This document shows, piece by piece, positions 57,961 through 60,040 of a stretch of 60,040 bases of DNA. The stretch is from positions 1 through 60,040 of the IMG/VR virus record IMGVR_UViG_3300044765_000177; one strand, 5' to 3'. Made by a program: the position numbers and the translations under genes. Numbering within the stretch: the stretch's first letter is position 1; every line of letters starts with the position of its first letter. The notes under the pieces are model-generated. The model was given only the letters and a program-made list of their open reading frames with translations. It was not told the DNA's origin and did no database searches. Source of the DNA: a virus.

Positions 57961-59973
57961 CTAGGCTGCTTCGGCGAGGTCGGCGGGGGTGTCTGCGTGG
58001 TCGGGGTGGGCCCAGATGCCGCGGTCGACGGCGACAGCCAGGTCTTTGGCCTTGAGGCGGGTGAGGGCGTTCTTCACGGCGCTGACGGTGAGTCCGGTCT
58101 CCTGGGCGATGGTGTTGCGGCCGACGGGGCGGCCCCGTTCGGCGAGGAACGCGGCGACACGCTCGTCGGTGCCGGGGGGCGCTTCGGCTGCGATGGCAGC
58201 GGCGGCCCGGGCGATGGGGTCGCTGGACGGAACCATGCGGGCTGGGGCGGTGGGGCCATCGGCGAAGGCGTCGTCGGGCAGCACGGGGGTTTCGCCGCGG
58301 AGGCGGGCGGCGAGCCGGTCGAGGCGCTCGTGGTATGCCTTGCCGCAGACGGCGGCGGCGGACGGCTCGATGGTGGGGGTGTCGCCGGTGGTGGCCCAGT
58401 GGGCGGGGTCGCGGTCGAAGTAGGCGCGGAACTGGGCCTGCCGGTTGTCGGGGCCCTTGATGTAGCCGAGGCCGGCGGTGGACGTCTTGTCGGGCCAGTA
58501 CATGGGCAGCTGGCTGGGGTTGACGTCCCAGCCGGGCAGGCCGATGGAGTCGGTGAGCGTGGACGCGGTGCGGAACATGACGGTGTTGCCGGACTGGGCC
58601 TGCTCGCGGATGTCGGTGGACTCGGGGGCGTTGCCGAACATGTTGGCCTTGGGACCCTGGAACACGAGGCGGATCTTGATGCCGCACTTGCGGGCCATCT
58701 GGATGATCTCCAGGACGAGCGCGGGGGCGCCCGGCAAGTTGAGGACGCGGTGCGCCTCGTCGATGGTGACGGAGATCAGCGGGTCGGGGTCGCCGACGAC
58801 GAAGTGGTCGCGGCCGCGCAGCCGGCGGCCCTTATGGTCGGTCCACTCCATCATCGAGTAGCGGGCGGACCGCTCGTACATGACGTTGCGGACGGCGTGG
58901 AGCATGGCGAGGCCGCCCTGGGCGGTGTCCTCGTACCAGTCGACGGCCTCACGCCAGCGGGGCAGGGACTGTCCGCCCTGCGGGTCGCACACCCAGGAGA
59001 CGATGCCGTTGTGGCGTTCGGTGCCGAGCAGCATGTCGAGGAACCGGGACTTGCCGCCGTCGGTGGCGCCGTAGACGACGGTGTGGACGGGCCCGGACGG
59101 CTTCCAGAACGCGTAGTGGGCGGGGGCGCCGTCGTAGAACAGGCCGACGGTGGCCTGCCCGGTGGCGGTGTTGAGGATCTGGGGGCCGGGGTGGTCGACG
59201 GGCTTCTGCAGCGGGTTGCGGTCGAACACGGCGATGATGGCGCGCTTCGCGGACTGGCCGGTCGCCTTCTCGATCTGCAGCATCTCCTCGGGCAGGTCGA
59301 GGGCGCCGGCGATGTCGGCGGCGGCGGAGTGGGCCTGACGCCAGTTCCTGCGGCAGATGATGACGCCGGTCCAGCCGTAGCCGGTGGTGACGACGTCGAC
59401 GAGCTGGGAGCCGGGCAGGGGCCCGTCGGCGCAGGCGACGTCGTCCTGCCAGAGCTGCAGTTGCTTGCTGAGGGAAGGGGCCGGGGCGGCGGTCTTCTTG
59501 CCGCGGCGCCACCAGTAGATGCCGTGGCCGACGCCCCAGGCGACGCTGAGGGCCGGGTAGGGGCTGTCGCCGATCTGGAGTCCGCCGGTGGCGGCCATGG
59601 CGGTGACGAGGCTGCCGCCGGTGGTGACGGCGGAGGCGGCGGCGAGGAAGTCGCGGCGGGCGGGGAGCCGGCGGCGTAGGCGCTTCTTGCCGATGCGGGG
59701 GTTGCAGTAGCCCCAGACGGCGGTGGCTGCGGCGCCGGTGGCGGTGGCGGCGAGGGCGGTCTTCCAGCCGTCGTCGGGTACGGCGAGGGCGCTGCCGGCG
59801 ATGGCCTGGGCGGCGGTGGCGTAGAGGGGGGCCATGCCGCGGCGGGTGCGGTAGGCGAGGCGCAGCGCGCGCCGGGCGGCCTTGGTCTTGGGGTTGCGGG
59901 AGGAGCCGCGCTTGCGGGTCGTCGCACGGTCGTCGGTGCCGTTGGTCTTCTCGACGGTGATGGTCTTCGGCAT
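57961..59973 (-). CDS. traB: FtsK/SpoIIIE-family dsDNA translocase with TraB-like architecture: N-terminal TM helices, ATPase, C-terminal wHTH (670 aa)
   Basis: Walker A GATDGGKS, Walker B VTIDEAH; C-terminal NTIAQETGLTVSAVKNALTRLKAKDL. Confidence 0.88.
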   Translation of the reverse strand: MPKTITVEKTNGTDDRATTRKRGSSRNPKTKAARRALRLAYRTRRGMAPLYATAAQAIAGSALAVPDDGWKTALAATATGAAATAVWGYCNPRIGKKRLRRRLPARRDFLAAASAVTTGGSLVTAMAATGGLQIGDSPYPALSVAWGVGHGIYWWRRGKKTAAPAPSLSKQLQLWQDDVACADGPLPGSQLVDVVTTGYGWTGVIICRRNWRQAHSAAADIAGALDLPEEMLQIEKATGQSAKRAIIAVFDRNPLQKPVDHPGPQILNTATGQATVGLFYDGAPAHYAFWKPSGPVHTVVYGATDGGKSRFLDMLLGTERHNGIVSWVCDPQGGQSLPRWREAVDWYEDTAQGGLAMLHAVRNVMYERSARYSMMEWTDHKGRRLRGRDHFVVGDPDPLISVTIDEAHRVLNLPGAPALVLEIIQMARKCGIKIRLVFQGPKANMFGNAPESTDIREQAQSGNTVMFRTASTLTDSIGLPGWDVNPSQLPMYWPDKTSTAGLGYIKGPDNRQAQFRAYFDRDPAHWATTGDTPTIEPSAAAVCGKAYHERLDRLAARLRGETPVLPDDAFADGPTAPARMVPSSDPIARAAAAIAAEAPPGTDERVAAFLAERGRPVGRNTIAQETGLTVSAVKNALTRLKAKDLAVAVDRGIWAHPDHADTPADLAEAA

Positions 59974-60014
59974 GGCGGCTGCTACTCCTGCGGTGGGTGA
60001 AGTCTCGGGGTGGC

Positions 60015-60040
60015 GGCCCCGGCGCTGGGCCGGGGCCGCG
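60015..60040. repeat. Terminal direct repeat: identical to window positions 1-26
   Basis: Same 26-mer as at the window start. Confidence 0.9.

Noticed and set aside
57512-58687. 391-aa ORF overlapping the 3-prime end of the translocase gene
   Set aside because: The N-terminal 245 codons are out of frame to the well-supported FtsK/TraB-like gene and are Arg/Pro junk. Only the last 146 codons, with their own RBS and GTG, were kept.
1-60040. The window ends as prophage attL/attR in a host chromosome
   Set aside because: The terminal repeat is a terminator hairpin unrelated to the tRNA-like attP core. Genes on both sides of the junction belong to one transfer module, and no host genes are visible. 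A circular or circularly assembled element fits better.

Overview
High-G+C (Streptomyces-type) DNA that reads as one complete, probably circular, ~60.0-kb temperate siphovirus-like element. The last 26 nt repeat the first 26 nt, I see no host housekeeping genes, and an attP-like tRNA 3-prime half sits beside a tyrosine integrase. Almost everything is on the minus strand in long, translationally coupled chains. (1) Cro-like and early genes plus a replication module run 22.9 -> 6.6 kb: initiator with internal iterons, DnaC-like loader, DnaB helicase, C5-methyltransferase, PD-(D/E)XK exonuclease, DnaN clamp. (2) A Streptomyces plasmid/AICE-style transfer module runs 4.8 kb -> across the window junction -> 57.3 kb: Spd-like small membrane proteins, a DUF2637-like protein and an FtsK/TraB-like translocase, with a divergent HTH + tandem Nudix (Pif-like) cassette. 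(3) The late operon runs 57.2 -> 32.0 kb: HNH, TerS, TerL, portal, MuF, scaffold, HK97-type capsid, connectors, tail, G/GT chaperone, tape measure, Dit-like and minor tail proteins, amidase endolysin, holins. Plus-strand islands hold the CI-like repressor/integrase lysogeny module and an accessory island (25.7-31.9 kb). That island carries XRE/GntR regulators, a T5orf172-GntR fusion, a second Cre/Xer-like recombinase next to a 590-nt ORF-free structured region, and a lipoprotein. The most unusual feature is that a full virion/lysis gene set shares one replicon with a TraB-type conjugation/spreading module and a cluster of GACCCGG repeats resembling a TraB recognition (clt) site. All functional calls rest on motifs read by eye and remembered family signatures; no database search was possible.
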